From the NCBI GenBank assembly GCA_950097015.1, contig CATNEN010000039.1, positions 5,208,001 to 5,272,000 on the forward strand: a stretch of 64,000 nucleotides of DNA, written 5' to 3'. The position numbers were made by a program, and so were the translations under genes. Positions 60,244-64,000 of the stretch are shown piece by piece. The DNA is from Macrostomum hystrix. Its lineage: Eukaryota > Animalia > Platyhelminthes. Below the pieces are notes generated by a model that was given only the letters and a program-made list of their open reading frames with translations, did no database searches and was not told the origin of the DNA. Each line of letters opens with the position of its first letter. The first letter of the stretch is position 1.

Positions 60244-61643
60244 TCACCTGCGCAGCACAATATACTGGTGCGGCCAGAATGAGACCAGAATAGTCTGGCG
60301 AAACAAGAACTCTTCATTTAGTAGACTGATCTGCTGAGTGAGCAGAGCTACTCCAAAGTTCAGGATGAATACGGCGACGAATAAGAACACAACAATCTGC
60401 GGCCAAAGGGTGTCGCTGACACCTGGAAAGCTACCTAAGCTAAAAGCGTAGCGAAGCGACAGGCCGAGGTATTCGACCATGCAGGTCCAGGAATAGGTAG
60501 TGCAGTCTAGAAATGACTGGCTGAGAATCATTGTTGCACAGACCAGAGTCATCGGCAGAACGACTAGAAATGTCAGCTTCATGGATGCATTCATGCATTC
60601 ATACAAAACTGTTGATTTAAAAACAGTTGATTGTGCTTTGGCATGTCCGCAATGAAGAATAACTGCAGAGTAAACATGTAGTAGTAATAGAGCAGTATCG
60701 CCGCCTGTAAACGTGTTCCGTCAACATATAGGAGGCCATCTTGCTCATAGAAGCTGTCAGAATCACTAAAGAGGCTCTTCTCCAAGATTATGATGCAGAC
60801 TTGAGTTGTCAAATTGGCAACGCTGGCAAAGAAGGCCTGCGTCACAGGGCTGTTGAAACAGCAAACATATCCGTCAGGAACCTTTTCAGAAAGGAATACC
60901 TGCGAATACCTGATCAGCTGAAGGAATGGAGACTTGAGAAACCTGTCTCCGCTGCTGCTCGAGTAGCGAGTCAGGTCGACCTCCTCAACCAACAGACTCG
61001 GATCGGTCGGGTGCGGTCGCTCTCTCATCAGGTATCCAGGTGCGTTGGCGAATGCCGCTGCCAGGTGGAAACACTCTCTGGCAGCCGCGTACTCCAGCGG
61101 TGTCAGCTGTTCGTCCGTCAGCTCCTCGTTCAACAGTCGAAGGCACGAGTCCGGGTGACGGTGCGACAGTTTGACGAAGAATCGAGCCAGCTGCGCCTCA
61201 TCAGTTGAGCAGGCCTGCTTGGAACTGCAGAAGTCCACCAGGAGGAACAGGGCGCAGCGAGCACTTTCCCATAGACCAGCGCGACTCTCCACCAGCTCGA
61301 TGGCTCGACTTGCCAGTTCGTCGTCTTTTGTCAGCAGGACGAGGCAGAAGGGCGACATGCGTGGATGCTCGTCAACTTTGTTGCTTTCAGGAAATCCATC
61401 GCAAAATGGGCAGTTGGAGTGTGCGAGCAGGTCTGGATTTTGCTTCAATGCACTATAAAGCCGAATGTACTTCTGTGAGTAAAGCAACTCCATGCCTTTT
61501 AAATTCTGTTCTGCCTGCCAAGAGAACTGTGCAGACATATAGGAGCTGCTTCTATTTTCTAAACAGATCGCTAAAGATCTATCAGCCGTCGCTGAATGCC
61601 TCCTTAGTATCTGAGCTGTCGGTGAATGTAACCTCCGATTCAA
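60244..61643 (-). pseudogene. Damaged paralogue (copy A) of the TRPV-like channel gene
   Basis: ORFs 60591..61643 and 60244..60606 align collinearly with copy B but are separated by a frameshift near 60630. About 130 codons present in B are missing between VANLTT and QVCIIILE. Confidence 0.75.
60924..61161 (-). repeat. Left arm of a perfect 238-bp inverted repeat
   Basis: Reverse complement of 62722-62959, no mismatch found by eye. Confidence 0.92.
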
Positions 61644-62302
61644 TCATCTAAGTGCCTAGGACAACAAGATCAACTCAAATTTAGCTCATTTTAGCTCGTC
61701 GCTTTGATAGAGCTTTGATGAAGCAAATTGCAGCGTCACCAAGCATTGTTTTATTGCATCTCGCATTATTGTGAGTCCTATTTGTCACTCCAATCAGTAT
61801 AGCTCGAAATTCAATATGGACTAATGAGATTGGCTCATTATTCGATATGGGACTTTGTTTTATTGGCACAAAGACGTGAATAAATACAAATCTACCCTAA
61901 GTGACTCATTTTTGATTGTCAGTGTTTTGATGGTGTAGTTTACGTGCTAACAAGGCGCGCTTACTTCATGGTGCCTATTTAATGAGTGTCATACATTTCC
62001 GTTGTCAGGCGATTTCGTTTTCCGATCGGACAGAAAGAATCACTTAACTAGATTGCCAACGCATCGTGTTGAGATGAAGTGTATAGCTCATTGCATTTAC
62101 TGGTTGTTCAGGCAATGTGCTAATTTCATTAGCTCCAATGATGGTTGAAATCACGCTGGTTAGAAAAACCTGGGAAAACTTTTCCAAAAAGTCCAAACCA
62201 TCCCTTTCGTGATTCATGGGAATCGCAAATGTAGCTACATAAGTAGCTCACAAACGGTTGGCTCAAAAAACTACCGCGACAGTGACCACTGGGTCTAGCG
62301 CA

Positions 62303-64000
62303 ATGGAAGTGAAAGGAAGAGCCAGGAAAGAAGAGCTCATTGTCATGGAGGATGCCAATAGCTTTGAATTTGAACAGCTGCAGCAGACTCGCATCGAGCT
62401 GCTAAATACAGGAAAGTTTCAAGAGTTTTCTGACGCGCTTAAGGAGAACACAGAACTGCTCCGACACTCCAACTGCCCATTCTGCGACGGCCCCTTTAAA
62501 AAGGAGAAGTCACACGACCAGCCACGGATGTCACCCTTCTGCCTCGTCCTGATCGCGAGAGACGACGAGCTGGCAACACGAGTCATCGAGTTGGTCGACA
62601 GCCGCGGTCTGTGGGACTGTGCTCGCTGCGCCCTGTTCCTCCTGGTGGACTTCTGCAGCTCGAGCCTGTCGAGTCCGTCTGACGAGGCGCAGCTGGCTCG
62701 ATTCTTCTTCAAACTGTCGCGCCGTCACCCGGACTCGTGCCTTCGACTGTTGAACGAGGAGCTGACGGACGAACAGCTGACACCGCTGGAGTACGCGGCT
62801 GCCAGAGAGTGTTTCCACCTGGCAGCGGCATTCGCCAACGCACCTGGATACCTGATGAGAGAGCGACCGCACCCGACCGATCCGAGTCTGTTGGTTGAGG
62901 AGGTCGACCTGACTCGCTACTCGAGCAGCAGCGGAGACAGGTTTCTCAAGTCTCCATTCGTGAGGTTCGTCACCTGTGCGCAGCAGTTTATCGGCGACAA
63001 TATTTCCTCTGGCCATCTTTGCTTCTTCAACAGTTCGGTTGCGCAGGCCTACTTCCGCAGCATCGAGTACCTGACGCCCTATCGCCGTGCCACATTGGCG
63101 TCCCTGATTTTCAATGTATTTATGTTTATCAGCCTGCTGGGTACAATGAATGTGCGGATTTTTACAATGAACACGTTTAATTCTAGCGTTCAAGTAAAAA
63201 TTCCCTACCTGATAAACTACAGCTTATCCTACTTGGATATTGTTTCACCGGGTTTTGTAGAGGCATCGCGCTACGTTTTCTATTTCAGACTGCTTGTTCA
63301 GGCAGTTTCCATCACCTCCGGCATATTTTGGATTGCAGCGTCGATAATTAATCACTACTCAATGCCCACTTTGATGCGGCAGCGTTGGCAGGGACTGCTC
63401 TGGATCAATGGTTGCTTGACTTTGCGAGGCCATATCTTCGAGGGTGTCATGATTGGGTACCTTGGGATTCAGATAGCTACAGTTGTGCTGGAGGAGCTGT
63501 TTTTTATGGATCCTAACAGCTACTTTGAGACTCGCGGCCAGTGGTTCGTCGACTCCATCAGGCTGCAGTTCCTGTTCATACTTAACTCCGATTTTATGCT
63601 GGTGATGATGATGCTGTTCGCTTGCAAAATGGCCGGCCACTCAAGAACGGTATTCGATGTGATGCACTGTCTGAATGCCTCAATCAAACTGGTTTGCCTC
63701 CTCTGCTTTCCGCTGATCCTGGTGGGTTTCACCATGTTGCTGAGCCAGCCGTATGTAGCGTGCAGAAGCGTCTCCTGGATTTGCGTGTTCGATTTCATCG
63801 GCAGGACTTTTCGGTACACATTTAGCCTGGGCGATTACGATGGCATCAATGACTACCTGGTGCTCTGGCCCCAAGCCATTGTGTACCTGTGCGTCGCGGT
63901 GTTTATGCTCAACTTTGGCGTCGCTCTACTTACTCAACAAGTAGCAGTGCTGCAGGAGAATGCTCAGTACCGCCAAACTATATTTGTGGCCTATCATTCG
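62303..64000 (+). CDS. Divergent intronless TRPV-like cation channel (copy B), truncated by the window end
   Basis: Frame open for 566 codons from ATG 62303 to the window edge (absent from the ORF track because there is no stop). Ankyrin-like QLTPLEYAAARECFHLA, several TM segments, pore-like FRYTFSLGDY (compare TRPV FKFTIGMGDL), S6-like VFMLNFGVALL and TRP-box-like QYRQ. Confidence 0.75.
   Translation, partial: MEVKGRARKEELIVMEDANSFEFEQLQQTRIELLNTGKFQEFSDALKENTELLRHSNCPFCDGPFKKEKSHDQPRMSPFCLVLIARDDELATRVIELVDSRGLWDCARCALFLLVDFCSSSLSSPSDEAQLARFFFKLSRRHPDSCLRLLNEELTDEQLTPLEYAAARECFHLAAAFANAPGYLMRERPHPTDPSLLVEEVDLTRYSSSSGDRFLKSPFVRFVTCAQQFIGDNISSGHLCFFNSSVAQAYFRSIEYLTPYRRATLASLIFNVFMFISLLGTMNVRIFTMNTFNSSVQVKIPYLINYSLSYLDIVSPGFVEASRYVFYFRLLVQAVSITSGIFWIAASIINHYSMPTLMRQRWQGLLWINGCLTLRGHIFEGVMIGYLGIQIATVVLEELFFMDPNSYFETRGQWFVDSIRLQFLFILNSDFMLVMMMLFACKMAGHSRTVFDVMHCLNASIKLVCLLCFPLILVGFTMLLSQPYVACRSVSWICVFDFIGRTFRYTFSLGDYDGINDYLVLWPQAIVYLCVAVFMLNFGVALLTQQVAVLQENAQYRQTIFVAYHS
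62722..62959 (+). repeat. Right arm of a perfect 238-bp inverted repeat
   Basis: Reverse complement of 60924-61161. Confidence 0.92.

Noticed and set aside
16065-64000. Apparent neuro-sensory gene cluster (Cys-loop receptor, neuropeptide, G-beta, bHLH, TRP)
   Set aside because: Mixed strands, interspersed housekeeping genes and no shared regulatory signal; such gene classes are common enough to co-occur by chance.

Overview
Eukaryotic (animal) genomic DNA with GT-AG introns, GC-rich exons, AT-rich spacers and many tandem repeats. It is most likely a free-living flatworm such as Macrostomum; this is inferred from polyQ-rich exons, minisatellite-filled introns and a flatworm-type xHFFRL neuropeptide. 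Gene models were assembled by hand with exon phases checked. In order along the window: the 5' end of a decayed BEL/Pao-like LTR retrotransposon abutting a pseudo-exon; a C2H2 zinc-finger gene; calreticulin; an intronless atypical Cys-loop receptor subunit; a compact kettin/titin-like gene (5 Ig domains plus polyQ and PEVKPTE tail); a small neuropeptide precursor missed by the ORF track; an RNF13/RNF167-type PA-TM-RING ligase with an 8.6-kb satellite in one intron; a divergent G-protein beta subunit; a TCF23/24-like bHLH; a secreted WSC+PAN protein; and a head-to-head pair of very divergent intronless TRPV-like channel genes (one intact to the window edge, one damaged) sharing a perfect 238-bp inverted repeat. 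Two dispersed SINE-like families and about ten tandem arrays are present. No CRISPR array, rRNA or genuine tRNA gene was seen. All homology calls come from motif recognition by eye, not database searches.
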